A DNA stretch of 64,000 nucleotides from a virus (IMGVR_UViG_2667527450_000001:9397-73396); one strand, 5' to 3'; shown: positions 34,369 to 44,411, counted from the stretch's first letter. Notes: generated by a model from the sequence alone, not told the origin. Program-made: numbers and translations.

Positions 34369-35842
34369 GGCACAGCGCCGTGAAGCCGAACGACTCCGGC
34401 ACATAGACGTATTCGGCATGCTCGGCTACACACCGACGGCCCGGCAACAGGAGTTCCACGACGCCGACGAATTCGCCGTCTTGATCGGCGGAGCGGCGGG
34501 CGGCGGTAAGAGTAAGGCCCTCACGATGGAGGCCATCCGCGCCTGCGTCCGCTACCCGGGCATCCGGGTTGGCGCGTTCCGCCGCACCTACGGAGAACTC
34601 AAAGAGTCGCTGCTCGCCGAACTGGCGCAGGTGGGCTACGCGGGGGCACTCGGGGCCAGCTGGAACGGCACCGAGTACGAGTTGAAGTTCAACAACGGTT
34701 CCCTACTCATGTTCCGCTACGCCGAGTCCGTCAAGGATGCGTCCCGCAGGCAGGGCGGCCAGTACCAGATGCTGGTCTTTGATGAGTTGACGCTCACGCC
34801 TCCTGACGTCGTCGCGTTCCTGGAATCCAGGCTCCGCTCGGGACGTAGCGACGTGCCCGTCCTCGGGGTGAAGGCGGGAACGAACCCTGGCGGTCCGGGA
34901 CACGGACCGGTGAAAGCGCGGTACGTGGACGCCACCGCCTACGGCACCCGCGTGGCGGTCGACGACCGCGGCAGAACGGTCCGCTTCATCCCCAGCAAGC
35001 TGAGCGACAACCCGCACGTGAACCGGGAGTACGCCGACGACCTCAAGGCCCTCCCGGAGAAGCTCCGCCGGGCCTTCCTCGAAGGAGACTGGGACAGCTT
35101 CATGGGGCAGGCGTTCGCGGAATGGCGCCACGAACGGCACACGGTCGCCCCCATGGCGCTCCCCGCTGCATGGCGGCGGTACGCAGGCATCGACTGGGGC
35201 TACACAGCGCCCTGGGCAGTCGTGTGGATCGCCGTTGACGAAGACGGCCGGGCCTGGCTGTACCGCGAGCTGTACGCCACCCAGGTCGGCGAGGCTGAGC
35301 AGGCTCGGCGAATACTTGCTGCGGAGGAGGATCGCGAGCAGGTCGCCGTCCGCTACGCCGACGACGCGATGTGGGCAACTCGCGGTGATGCCAAACCGAT
35401 CGCTGACGTGTACGCCGAGAACGGGTGCCCGCTCACCGAGGCCGGCAAGGGGCCCGGCAGCCGGATCGCGGGCTGGCAGCGCATGCACTCCTACCTCGCC
35501 GAGGCTCCCGCGTGCCCGCACCATCGGGAGTTGGGATGGGAGACGTGCCCGAAGCTGCACGTCTTCACCAGCTGTGCGAACTTCATCCGCACCGTTCCGG
35601 CCCTGCCGCACGCGACGACGGGCAACCCGGAGGACATCGACACCAACGCTGAGGACCACCTTGCGGACGCGGTCCGCTACGCCGTGATCAATCTCGGTCG
35701 TGAAGCTCGCTTCCACTTCCCGGCCCCGGATCCGGTCGCCCCGGCCCTTGACCCGAACGCCACCAGCAGCCGGCCCGCGCCGGCCGTGCCCAGCATCGGC
35801 GGGTTCCCGATCCTTGAGGGAGGTAGCCCATGGGCGCTCTGA
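34256..35842 (+). CDS. terL: terminase large subunit
   Basis: Walker A GGAAGGGKS, FDELT, GTNPGG, DNPH, GIDWG, DHLADAVRY. Confidence 0.95.
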   Translation: MPSTPKSSASKPNSTLPQSPLLTAKLEKLRRLRELQAEAQRREAERLRHIDVFGMLGYTPTARQQEFHDADEFAVLIGGAAGGGKSKALTMEAIRACVRYPGIRVGAFRRTYGELKESLLAELAQVGYAGALGASWNGTEYELKFNNGSLLMFRYAESVKDASRRQGGQYQMLVFDELTLTPPDVVAFLESRLRSGRSDVPVLGVKAGTNPGGPGHGPVKARYVDATAYGTRVAVDDRGRTVRFIPSKLSDNPHVNREYADDLKALPEKLRRAFLEGDWDSFMGQAFAEWRHERHTVAPMALPAAWRRYAGIDWGYTAPWAVVWIAVDEDGRAWLYRELYATQVGEAEQARRILAAEEDREQVAVRYADDAMWATRGDAKPIADVYAENGCPLTEAGKGPGSRIAGWQRMHSYLAEAPACPHHRELGWETCPKLHVFTSCANFIRTVPALPHATTGNPEDIDTNAEDHLADAVRYAVINLGREARFHFPAPDPVAPALDPNATSSRPAPAVPSIGGFPILEGGSPWAL

Positions 35843-37344
35843 GCTGGATCCGGGAGACCTTCCGCCGAACTCCTGCCGCAGAAGCGGCGGCTGGAACTTC
35901 GATCGCGCCGCCGACTCCGGCGCAGGTACGTCGTACTGGCTTCGAGTACGGGCTGCCGCTCAACATCCAGAACACGTCGTCGTTGACCTCTGCCACCAGC
36001 GAGCGGCAGCAGGTTCTCGCGCAGCTGCACCAGGCGTACATGTCCTGCAACTGGGTTTCGGCATCTGTGGACCTGATCGCGCGGACCGTCACGGCTGGCG
36101 GCCTGCAAGCTGTCGCCGATGACGACGGGACCGGTACCGCGCTCGTGACTCCCGAGGTAGCCCGGCTCCAGAGGCTGATGAGGTTCACCAACCCGCGCGA
36201 GGACATGGTCCAGCTGCTCAGGTGCGTGGCCACGGACCTACTGTTGTTCGGTGACGCCTACATCGAGATCGTCTACCTGCTCGGCGAACCCGTAGCGCTG
36301 TATACGCTCGACGCGACCACGATGACCGTGATCGCGGACCAGCACGGCGAGGTGTCCGGCTACATCCAGGATGTCGACGGTGTCCGCACCGCGCAGTTCG
36401 ATGCGGATCAGGTTATCCACATCTCTTTGGACGCTCCCCGCGGTGGCCTATACGGGGTCAGCCCGGCGCAGAAGTGCTTGCTGCCGGTCACCGCGTGGCT
36501 GTTCACGATGGCCACGATCAAGGAGTGCTTCAGGCGTGGTGACCCGCCGCGGCTGCATGTCGATCTCGCCCACTTCCAGGACAACGACGTTCAACGCTGG
36601 CGGGAGCAGTACCGGGTGTTCAACCTCGGTCCGAAGGCTGTCGGGGAGCCCGTGCTGACGACCGGTGGGGGCGGGGTGCAGGTTCTGGACCAGAGGAAGG
36701 TCACCGACTATCTAGACGCGGACCGGCAGTTGCGGGACCAGATCATCGCGGCATTTGGCGTCCCGCCGGCCAAGCTCGGCATCATCGAGACCGGCAACCT
36801 CGGCGGCGGAACGGGCGAGGCTCAGGACAAGACGTTCCGAGTCAACACGATCATTCCCATTGCCAACCTGATCCTGGAAAAGCTCAACTTCCACCTGCTG
36901 TTGCAGGGCTTCGGGATCACGGACTGGCATCTGGAGTTCCAGGAGATCGACTACCGCGATTCGAAGGTGGTCGAAGAGATTAGGGAGATGAGGCTCCGCG
37001 CGGGCGCCTACTCACTGAACCGGTGGCGTGCCGAGATCGGCGAACCCCCAGTCGAAGGCGGCGACACCCCTATCTTCATGGAGCGCACGTTCATCGCCGA
37101 TTGGGCCAACATGGAAGACCTCGCCAAGAGCTTCATCGTCAAGAACCTTGGGGCGTCAGCCCAGCAGCCCGGTAGTGCACCGCAGGACCCGAACGACCTT
37201 GCCCCGCCCGCATCCGGCGACGGACCAAGCGACCCGGAAGACGGGCCTGGCTTGTCGAAGGACGCGGCGCAGGGTGAGCCACCGGAGGAGATGTGGGATG
37301 ACCTCTACCGGCGCATCCTCAACGAGACCCTCGCTGGAGTCTGA
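35830..37344 (+). CDS. portal protein (HK97-like)
   Basis: DLLLFGDAYIEI, VIHI..YGVSP, IIAAFGVPP, SLNRWR..PPVEGGD. Confidence 0.92.
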   Translation: MGALSWIRETFRRTPAAEAAAGTSIAPPTPAQVRRTGFEYGLPLNIQNTSSLTSATSERQQVLAQLHQAYMSCNWVSASVDLIARTVTAGGLQAVADDDGTGTALVTPEVARLQRLMRFTNPREDMVQLLRCVATDLLLFGDAYIEIVYLLGEPVALYTLDATTMTVIADQHGEVSGYIQDVDGVRTAQFDADQVIHISLDAPRGGLYGVSPAQKCLLPVTAWLFTMATIKECFRRGDPPRLHVDLAHFQDNDVQRWREQYRVFNLGPKAVGEPVLTTGGGGVQVLDQRKVTDYLDADRQLRDQIIAAFGVPPAKLGIIETGNLGGGTGEAQDKTFRVNTIIPIANLILEKLNFHLLLQGFGITDWHLEFQEIDYRDSKVVEEIREMRLRAGAYSLNRWRAEIGEPPVEGGDTPIFMERTFIADWANMEDLAKSFIVKNLGASAQQPGSAPQDPNDLAPPASGDGPSDPEDGPGLSKDAAQGEPPEEMWDDLYRRILNETLAGV

Positions 37345-37534
37345 ACCCCTCCGCGGGCACACCGACGAGCTGACCGCCGACCAACTCGGCGGGTTCGAGG
37401 TCCGCTGGTACGACCACAACGGCGGTCGGCGCGTAGGCCCGTTCGACCGCATGGACGAGGTCGCCCTCTACATGGCCGAGCACGACCTGGACGCCCCCGA
37501 CGAGCTACTCGCACCGGTTGATCCCGGGAGGTGA
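37298..37534 (+). CDS. small hypothetical protein overlapping portal 3' end
   Basis: GGAGGAG RBS 7 nt before ATG 37298. Confidence 0.5.
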   Translation: MTSTGASSTRPSLESEPLRGHTDELTADQLGGFEVRWYDHNGGRRVGPFDRMDEVALYMAEHDLDAPDELLAPVDPGR

Positions 37535-37539
37535 CGACC

Positions 37540-37605
37540 ATGGGTGGCGGACATCCGACGCGGGCACAGGATGTGGGCCCGCTGATCGCCAAGGAGATCG
37601 GCTGA
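37540..37605 (+). CDS. 21-aa minigene in frame with the MuF-like gene
   Basis: GGGAGG RBS; MGGGHPTRAQDVGPLIAKEIG-TGA. Confidence 0.5.
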   Translation: MGGGHPTRAQDVGPLIAKEIG

Positions 37606-37635
37606 CGCCAGGTCGTGGCCTGCAAGGAGGTGGCC

Positions 37636-38409
37636 GTGCCTGATGCCACCATCCAACTCCGGTCCCTCAAAGGCGTCTGGCGGCCGGTCTACGCACACCG
37701 TCAAGCCCTGCACGCCACCGCCGACGCCATCGTGCTCGCCGCGTGGAAACGCGACGCGCACGGCCTTGACCTCGCGCCGGCCGTCGCCGCGTGGCAGCAA
37801 CTCCTCGGCGAATCTGCCGACCCGGCGCAGCGGCACCGCCGTCAGACCGCAGCTGCTGCGGTGCTCGGCATCCTCAGCGCCTGGTCCTGGCAGCGCACCC
37901 GCACAGCCATCGCCCTCGCCGCGAAACGAGCCCACCGCGCCGGATGGGCCGCCGGACGCGCCCTCGTCACCCAGGACCCCGACGACGACACCCCCTACGA
38001 CACCGGACCCAGCAGCCCCCACGTCATCGGCTCGCCCGACATGAGCGACGACACCGCGGACGGCACTGCTACGGCTGTCCTCACCGCAGCACTATCCGCC
38101 ACCGCTGACCGAGCCGGCAGAGCCATCGCCGACAGCACCGACGACCCGGCAGATGACGGCGAGGACACCATCGAGACCGCCCTCGACCTCGCACTCCTCA
38201 CCGACGCCGCGGTATCCGCCGCCTACGGCGCGGGCATGCTCGCCGCCTACCTCGCCGCCGGCACCAGGTCCGTTCTATGGCTGACCGCGGGCGACGGCAG
38301 GGTGTGTGAACGCTGCTCGGACGCCGAAGCCGGCAGCCCGTACAGCCTCCTCGCCGCCCCGACACTGCCGCAGCATCCGAACTGCCGCTGCTGCCTCGCC
38401 CCCGCCTGA
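37636..38409 (+). CDS. MuF-like minor head protein
   Basis: WLTAGDGRVCERC..PQHPNCRC; AAGGAGG RBS. Confidence 0.85.
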   Translation: MPDATIQLRSLKGVWRPVYAHRQALHATADAIVLAAWKRDAHGLDLAPAVAAWQQLLGESADPAQRHRRQTAAAAVLGILSAWSWQRTRTAIALAAKRAHRAGWAAGRALVTQDPDDDTPYDTGPSSPHVIGSPDMSDDTADGTATAVLTAALSATADRAGRAIADSTDDPADDGEDTIETALDLALLTDAAVSAAYGAGMLAAYLAAGTRSVLWLTAGDGRVCERCSDAEAGSPYSLLAAPTLPQHPNCRCCLAPA

Positions 38410-38419
38410 GGAGGACCCC

Positions 38420-38746
38420 ATGGCACACAACCCAGTCATGACGCTGGTCGACGACAACAGCAGCAGCATCGGCGGCTCCGCGACCGTGCCTATCGCGGCC
38501 GGGGCGGGAACCGTAGTCGTCAAAGGGGCCGCAGGGCGATTGTGCCGAGTCGTGGTGACAGCAGCGGGCAGCACCGGCGCAGTGACGTTCTACGACAACG
38601 CGAGCGCGGCATCGGGCACCGTCCTCGCCGTTGTTCCGGGCGGTGCGGCAGTCGGCACCGTCTATGAGACCCAGATGCCTGCGGCGAATGGCATCGTCGC
38701 ATCAGCTGCCGCATCCTCCGTGGCCCTCACCGTCGCCTACTCCTGA
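38420..38746 (+). CDS. beta-rich virion/decoration-like protein
   Basis: VVKGAAGRLCRVVV..VTFYDNASAASGTVL. Confidence 0.6.
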   Translation: MAHNPVMTLVDDNSSSIGGSATVPIAAGAGTVVVKGAAGRLCRVVVTAAGSTGAVTFYDNASAASGTVLAVVPGGAAVGTVYETQMPAANGIVASAAASSVALTVAYS

Positions 38747-38763
38747 TGAGAAGGGATGGGCTG

Positions 38764-38985
38764 ATGTACGAGATCCCCAAGCGAAGGGCCGTCCGCCGCG
38801 CGGTCACCCGCGACCAGGTCGCAGAAGCCGAAGCGCAAGCCGCCCTGATCGAGACCCTGATCGACGCCATCGACAACGAGCCCGAGGTACGCGCCGCGAT
38901 CCTCCGCGTCGTCGCCGGCGGACAGATGTCCCGCCGACCACGCCCCACGACCACTCAGCCCGTGCGACGCGGAAGGGGGCGGTGA
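38764..38985 (+). CDS. small hypothetical protein
   Basis: ORF TGATG-coupled to the protease gene. Confidence 0.55.
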   Translation: MYEIPKRRAVRRAVTRDQVAEAEAQAALIETLIDAIDNEPEVRAAILRVVAGGQMSRRPRPTTTQPVRRGRGR

Positions 38986-40664
38986 TGGACAAGCGGATCG
39001 CCACAATCTCGGGCACGATGCTCACCCCTGGTGTCTCCCGAAACAAGAGGTTCTACTCAACCGAGTTGATCGCGCGGGCTGCGAAGCGGATGCAGGAACG
39101 CATCTCCGACCCCGACGGTTTGCCCATCGTCATGCGCACCCACCACAACGCAGGTGACGACTCCCGGAAGATCGTCGGACGGCTCACTCAGGTGAAGGTC
39201 GGCGAAGACGGGGCCGCCTCCTACTCCGCGGACCTCTACGACACCGCGCCCGGCCGGGACATTGCCGCCCTCATCACCGGGAAGAACCCGGCGCTGAAGT
39301 CGGTGAGCATCCACGGCTATTGGCTGGGGCCAGTGAAGCGCGTTGCCCACGAGGGCGAATCGGTCACCACCGCTGAAGACTTGGAGGTCGACGCGCTCGA
39401 CTTCACCGCCAGTCCCGGCGTCCTCGGGGCGAACGTCGCTGCCGCGTCCTACCTCCCCGACGCACCCGCGGCAGCGGAGTCGACTGCCGGCCGCACGCCG
39501 ATCAGCGAATCGGTGGAGGCAACGGTGGAAGCGATCACGGAAGCGGCGCCAGTGGACGAAGCGGGCTACTCCGGCAAGCAGCGGCGCCAGATGGCGGCCA
39601 AGGGCCAGGCCATGAATGACGGCGCCTATCCGATCGCCAGCAAGAAGGATCTGCGGAAGTCGATCCGCGCGGTCGGCCGCGGCGGAGCAGATCACGACGC
39701 GATCAGGCGCCACATCGTCAAGCGGGCCCAGGCCCTCGGCCTCACCAGCCTCATCCCCGACAACTGGAAGGCCGACGGCTCCATGAAGGAGAACACCACC
39801 CGCCTGCTCGACGTCCGCGAGTACTACCCCGACGGGCCCGAGGGGCAGGCCGGCTTCTGCATCGACGCGTTCAACGGCCCCATTTCGCTGACGATGCGGG
39901 CATGCGGCATCGACCCCGCAGATCTCCGCGCCATCACACAGGCCGCCATGTGCGCGGCCGTCGATGCTCTCCAGGCGATGGACCCGGACATGGACGCCGA
40001 CATCGACGTGGACGACACCGATAGCGACGACGGCGGAGAGAGCGCCCCCGAGCCGCCGGCCGCAGCAAGCGAGGCACTCAAGCCCGCTACCGCGGACGTC
40101 GACGACGCCCTCACCCAGACCGCCCCGCCCGACCGAGGCGCGGCCACCACCACGACAGAGGAGGAGGCCGCCATGGGCGAGCCCACCACCGAAACCGACC
40201 AGACCGCGGCCCCCGCCCGGTCCCTCACCGACGCGGACATCAGCGCCCTCGGCGCCCTTTTCGGAGCCGCCCTCAAGGAGAGCCTCGCACCGGTCACCGT
40301 CGCCCTCGCCGAGAACGCCCCCAAGGCCAGCAAGAGCGAGAGCGAAGCCACTGAGAGCGCCGACGTCAAGCGCGGCAGGGAGGCGAAGGAGTCCAAGAAG
40401 GCCAAGGTCGCCAAGCTCCAGGAGACCGTGCGCGCCGAGATGGCCGAGCTCAAGGAGTCCCTCCGCGAGGAACTGCTGCCCAAGGTCCGCGACGAGCTCC
40501 GCGAGGAACTCCTCCGCGAGAACGGGCTCCCGCCCCGGAAGGGCTACCGAGTCCACGAAAACGAGCAGTCGGGGCCGGACGAGACCAGTCCCGAAGACCT
40601 CTACAGGAACCGAGCCGAGCTGCTCCTAGGCGAGTTCGGCCGTACACCCCAGCCCGCCCAGTAG
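38985..40664 (+). CDS. prohead protease-scaffold fusion with DUF6582-like insert
   Basis: PGVSRNKRFY..H..VSIHG..LDFTASPG; YPI..DLRKSIRAVGR..HIVKRA..LG; acidic coiled-coil C-terminus. Confidence 0.8.
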   Translation: MDKRIATISGTMLTPGVSRNKRFYSTELIARAAKRMQERISDPDGLPIVMRTHHNAGDDSRKIVGRLTQVKVGEDGAASYSADLYDTAPGRDIAALITGKNPALKSVSIHGYWLGPVKRVAHEGESVTTAEDLEVDALDFTASPGVLGANVAAASYLPDAPAAAESTAGRTPISESVEATVEAITEAAPVDEAGYSGKQRRQMAAKGQAMNDGAYPIASKKDLRKSIRAVGRGGADHDAIRRHIVKRAQALGLTSLIPDNWKADGSMKENTTRLLDVREYYPDGPEGQAGFCIDAFNGPISLTMRACGIDPADLRAITQAAMCAAVDALQAMDPDMDADIDVDDTDSDDGGESAPEPPAAASEALKPATADVDDALTQTAPPDRGAATTTTEEEAAMGEPTTETDQTAAPARSLTDADISALGALFGAALKESLAPVTVALAENAPKASKSESEATESADVKRGREAKESKKAKVAKLQETVRAEMAELKESLREELLPKVRDELREELLRENGLPPRKGYRVHENEQSGPDETSPEDLYRNRAELLLGEFGRTPQPAQ

Positions 40665-40778
40665 GCAGGCAGCACCTCCTGAAGGCCCGCAGATCGGGAC
40701 CTTCGCATCTCCACCCACCACCCCAGCCCTGCACGGCACCGGCCGCGTGGGGCTTTCGCATGAAGAGGAGGCGCTTCC

Positions 40779-42140
40779 ATGGCCAGCGAGCTGGAAGAAG
40801 CCATCACCACCGCAGGCGCGGTAAGTCCGCTCATTCCGAAGGCGATTTCGCCGCTGCTGCTGGAGTACCAGCGGCGGTATGCGCCACTGCTCGCCGCGAT
40901 CCCGAGCCGGCAGTGGAACTCGACGCAGTACTTCTTCAACCGTCGCGTCGCCCGCCCGGACTCCGGTGGTGTTGTTGACGGCGGTGCCCGACCGATCGGG
41001 AACAGCACCTACGAGCAGGCTGTGTTCAACATCAGGTTGTTCCAGGCCGTCGGCTCCGTCACCGGGTTCGCTCAGACCGTCACCCGCGACGTGGTCGGTG
41101 ACCTCCGTCAGCTGGAGCTCGATGGCACTGTCACCAGCATGCTGTGGACCCTGGAGAACAGCTTCGTGTGGGGTCACGACGGCGCCACTGCCAACGGCCA
41201 GTACCCGATCTGCTCTGGCCTCGACTACCTCGTGTCCAACTGGACCGCCGGAACCGGCAGCAACAACTACGTGAACGCGCTGGACATCAACAACACGTTC
41301 GGCCTGCACTACCTCGACCAGCTCATCGACCTCGTCGAGACCAACGCCGCCATGCCGGTCGGCAGCAACTGGATGTTCGTAATGAGCCCGCGCATGGCCT
41401 CGGCGGTCAGCCAGTCCCTGGTCGCACAGCAGCGTTTCGCCGCTCCCACCACCCAGATCGGTGCCGGCCTCAACGTGCCGACGTACCGCGACATCCCGAT
41501 CATCAAGTCGTCGTTCCTCAGCCCCCGGTCGAACACCATGGGCACCGTGACCACGGCGACATCCACCTCCGGTGGATCGCTGGCCGCGGCCACCTACTAC
41601 TACCGGGTGTCCGCCGTAGTCGCGCGGTTCGGCGAGATCTCCGCTTCGACCGAGGTCTCTCAGACCACCACCGGCTCGGCCTCGACGGTCACGTTGAGCT
41701 TCAGCACGCCGACCAACCTGCCGGACAGCGCCACCCCCGTCCTGTACAAGGTCTACCGCAGCACGGCCACCGGCACCGAGTCCCTGATCGGCACCGTGGA
41801 CGCCTTCGACACCACCGGCGCCGCAACCACCTCGATCGTCGACACCGGCGCGAACCTCCTCACCAACTCCTCCGGCAACACTGGCCCGGCCGCATACCAG
41901 GGCACCAACTCCGGTGCGCTGCCGCGCGGTGGAGCCAACGCCCAGGAGGACGTGTACCTCATCCCGCGCGACGAGAACTTCATGGTGCGGCCCTATACCC
42001 GCGACATGCAGATCCTGCCGCTCGCACCCACCGTCACGGCTCCGGACAGCCTTCCATTCGCGGTGCTCTGTGACACGACGCTTGCCTGCCGCGGCAGCCG
42101 TTATGTAGGCCGGCTCTCCCGGCTCTCGGCGACCCTGTAA
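40779..42140 (+). CDS. major capsid protein with inserted Thr-rich beta domain
   Basis: Position after scaffold; GSVTGFAQ, GLD, YRDIPII; insert with TYYYRVSAV..YKVYRS. Confidence 0.85.
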   Translation: MASELEEAITTAGAVSPLIPKAISPLLLEYQRRYAPLLAAIPSRQWNSTQYFFNRRVARPDSGGVVDGGARPIGNSTYEQAVFNIRLFQAVGSVTGFAQTVTRDVVGDLRQLELDGTVTSMLWTLENSFVWGHDGATANGQYPICSGLDYLVSNWTAGTGSNNYVNALDINNTFGLHYLDQLIDLVETNAAMPVGSNWMFVMSPRMASAVSQSLVAQQRFAAPTTQIGAGLNVPTYRDIPIIKSSFLSPRSNTMGTVTTATSTSGGSLAAATYYYRVSAVVARFGEISASTEVSQTTTGSASTVTLSFSTPTNLPDSATPVLYKVYRSTATGTESLIGTVDAFDTTGAATTSIVDTGANLLTNSSGNTGPAAYQGTNSGALPRGGANAQEDVYLIPRDENFMVRPYTRDMQILPLAPTVTAPDSLPFAVLCDTTLACRGSRYVGRLSRLSATL

Positions 42141-42212
42141 TCCCTCCGCGCCTGAACGATCCGAAGGGCCCGCGCACGCTGCACGGGCCCCTCACCACCC
42201 TGGAGGCAGCTC

Positions 42213-42446
42213 ATGGCGGATATGCCGCCCCCGCCCGCCTGGTGCGTTGTGGATCTGTTCCATGGCGATCAGGTCCCGGCCGAGACGATCGTCAAGGGCT
42301 ACATGGTGTGCGCAAAGCACCTTTCCTTCCAGGAGGAGTTCTTCCGCCGCTGGGAGGCCATCCAGGACCCCAAGCAGCTCAAGAAGCAGGAGAAGAAGCT
42401 GCTGAAGTCCGTACAGAGTGGAGGGAAGTCAGATGTGGCTTCGTAA
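42213..42446 (+). CDS. hypothetical protein
   Basis: GGAGG RBS. Confidence 0.6.
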   Translation: MADMPPPPAWCVVDLFHGDQVPAETIVKGYMVCAKHLSFQEEFFRRWEAIQDPKQLKKQEKKLLKSVQSGGKSDVAS

Positions 42447-42720
42447 GACGAAGCTCCTGCCGGGTGGAGCACCTGGCGGCCTGGAGTGGAAGAGCGATCA
42501 GGATGTGGTGGAGGTCGACGACGAGATCGGCCTCGAACTCATTGCGATTCCCGACGCTGGTTTCTCGGAGGCCGCTCCGCCAGCATCCAGCGGCGCTAAC
42601 CAGGACAAGCCTGCTGCTGGGGCTCCGGCAGATTCGTCGTCTGAAGTGGTGGAGGCCCCTACGGCAGCGCCGAGGAAGCGCGCGTCCCGGAAGCCGGCTT
42701 CGACTGAGGTTTCTGAGTAG
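42433..42720 (+). CDS. hypothetical virion-associated protein
   Basis: Position in head module; low-complexity C-terminus. Confidence 0.55.
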   Translation: MWLRKTKLLPGGAPGGLEWKSDQDVVEVDDEIGLELIAIPDAGFSEAAPPASSGANQDKPAAGAPADSSSEVVEAPTAAPRKRASRKPASTEVSE

Positions 42721-42764
42721 CCCGCTGACCGCCCGTCGGCTCGTGAGGGAAGGGGGGAGCGGGA

Positions 42765-43427
42765 GTGGCTACCGACAATCCGAGCCCTCTGGCCAGCGTC
42801 GCCGGCTTCACCGAGGGCCCGTTCGCGAACCTGGTGTCCGGGTTTTCGACGCAGGCGACGACGAACCTGATGCTCCAGGCGACGCGGGCGTGCGAGTCGG
42901 CATGTGACCGCCGGCTGGCCCCGTTCATCGCTGTCGTGGAGACGCAGCGCGCGGACGCGATGGACATCGAGGACGCCATGGACGCCTACGTGCCCCTCGA
43001 CCCCACCAGCCAGCTGGGGTTCTCCCGGGCTCAGTCCCTCGGCTCGACGCTGCTCACCCGGCATTTCTGGGTGCGGGAGCATCCGCCTCGCTACCCAGAA
43101 CTGTGGACTGGGAGCATCGCCTCGATCAGCCTGTACCGGTCCTACTCCGGCCAGCAGGCGGTCGCGGTGAACACGGTCCAGTACGAGACCGACACTGGGC
43201 ATGTCAGGTTCCAGCTGGGGACTTTCGTGCCGCCGGGGACGACGATCCAGGTGACGTACTCGGGCGGCTACTCCACGGTGCCGGCGGATCTGGTGCAGGC
43301 GTGCCAGTACATGGCCGCGTCCATGGCGGTGAAGCAACTGGACCCGGTGGACGGGCGCAGCGGCCACGATCCGGATGCGCTGCGGGCGGATGCGCTGGAG
43401 ATGCTCGCCCCGTACACGAGGCGGTGA
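42765..43427 (+). CDS. head-to-tail adaptor
   Basis: ATRACESACDR..IQVTYSGGYSTVPADLVQA..LAPYTR. Confidence 0.8.
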   Translation: MATDNPSPLASVAGFTEGPFANLVSGFSTQATTNLMLQATRACESACDRRLAPFIAVVETQRADAMDIEDAMDAYVPLDPTSQLGFSRAQSLGSTLLTRHFWVREHPPRYPELWTGSIASISLYRSYSGQQAVAVNTVQYETDTGHVRFQLGTFVPPGTTIQVTYSGGYSTVPADLVQACQYMAASMAVKQLDPVDGRSGHDPDALRADALEMLAPYTRR

Positions 43428-43430
43428 GCG

Positions 43431-43652
43431 ATGGCCCGGATTGCGGCAGGCAAGGGTCGGCTCCGGCATCCCCGGCATGGCGCCAGGGCTCGTGGGCGCA
43501 CGGGCACTCGCATCGGACTGCGCCACCATAAGCGCCGGCTGCGAACTGTGCACTACGTGCGGCACCGACCGAGGACCGGCAGGGTCCGGCATTCCCGCAT
43601 GCGCCACCCGCGGGCGCGTTGGAGCCCCGGCGCGAAGAGGAGGCGACGGTGA
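43431..43652 (+). CDS. 73-aa Arg/His-rich basic protein
   Basis: GAGG RBS; fills the gap exactly and is GTGA-coupled to the next gene. Confidence 0.6.
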   Translation: MARIAAGKGRLRHPRHGARARGRTGTRIGLRHHKRRLRTVHYVRHRPRTGRVRHSRMRHPRARWSPGAKRRRR

Positions 43653-44134
43653 CGACGGCTGATGCAGTCGACCGGGAGGTCGCCTGGCTGACGACTGCCG
43701 GTGATGGCCTTCCGGCGCTGCTGACCGGCGCCGGCGGTCCGTGGGGCAGTATCCAGGCGTACCAGCCGCGCACCCCGGGGCGCCGCAACACCTACGTGAT
43801 CGTGCTGCGCAGGCAGATCCACGAGACGAGGTTCGCCAACGTGCGCCGCATGCCGAAGTACGAGTTCCTCCTCAAGCTGGTTTGGCCGCTCACCTCGGGG
43901 CAGGGGCGGGCGGAGGACGACCAGCGGGCGTTCGACGCCGCGGTCGACAAACTCCTCACGCGCATCGGCGGGTTCGCAGGCGACAAGAGCCACGGTGGCC
44001 GCTTCCGATCGGTAGCTGAGGATCCGGCCTATGTGACAGTCCGATTCGACGACCCTGAGCACACGGTGCCCCCTGAGGCCGAGTTCAGGGCCGAGGTCAC
44101 GTACTTCGCCGACGACATCGAGATCAACGGCTGA
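43649..44134 (+). CDS. tail terminator/completion-like protein
   Basis: Position before major tail protein; GAGGAGG RBS. Confidence 0.6.
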   Translation: MTTADAVDREVAWLTTAGDGLPALLTGAGGPWGSIQAYQPRTPGRRNTYVIVLRRQIHETRFANVRRMPKYEFLLKLVWPLTSGQGRAEDDQRAFDAAVDKLLTRIGGFAGDKSHGGRFRSVAEDPAYVTVRFDDPEHTVPPEAEFRAEVTYFADDIEING

Positions 44135-44192
44135 CCCACCGCACTTCCAGGCTCCGCCGATCGCGGGGCCTTCTGTATGCCCGGAGGTCCCT

Positions 44193-44411
44193 GTGCGCCA
44201 ACGCAGCACCCACGAAGCGCCGGTGGACGTACCGGCCATACCTGCGACGGTCCAGCCCGGCGGGGTCGTCGACTGGCCCAGCCCCATCGCCGGATTCGAG
44301 CCTGTCCCCGACGAGCCTCCGGACACCAAGACGGACGCCCCCGCCAAGACCACCCGCAGCAAGAAGGCCGCGCCGACTGAGGCGCCTACCGGTGAGGAGC
44401 CGAAGCAGTGA
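44193..44411 (+). CDS. small hypothetical protein
   Basis: GGAGG RBS and GTG; overlaps next start. Confidence 0.6.
   Translation: MRQRSTHEAPVDVPAIPATVQPGGVVDWPSPIAGFEPVPDEPPDTKTDAPAKTTRSKKAAPTEAPTGEEPKQ

Noticed and set aside
37603-37625. Selenocysteine recoding of the in-frame UGA
   Set aside because: Hairpin is short and too close for a typical bacterial SECIS, there is no redox motif, and no sel genes are present; generic read-through kept as a hypothesis
39057-40556. 499-aa minus-strand ORF and similar long antisense or alternate-frame ORFs (e.g. 23094-24407, 9405-10646, 61015-62070)
   Set aside because: Shadow ORFs expected in high-GC DNA; they overlap well-supported genes and have no motifs
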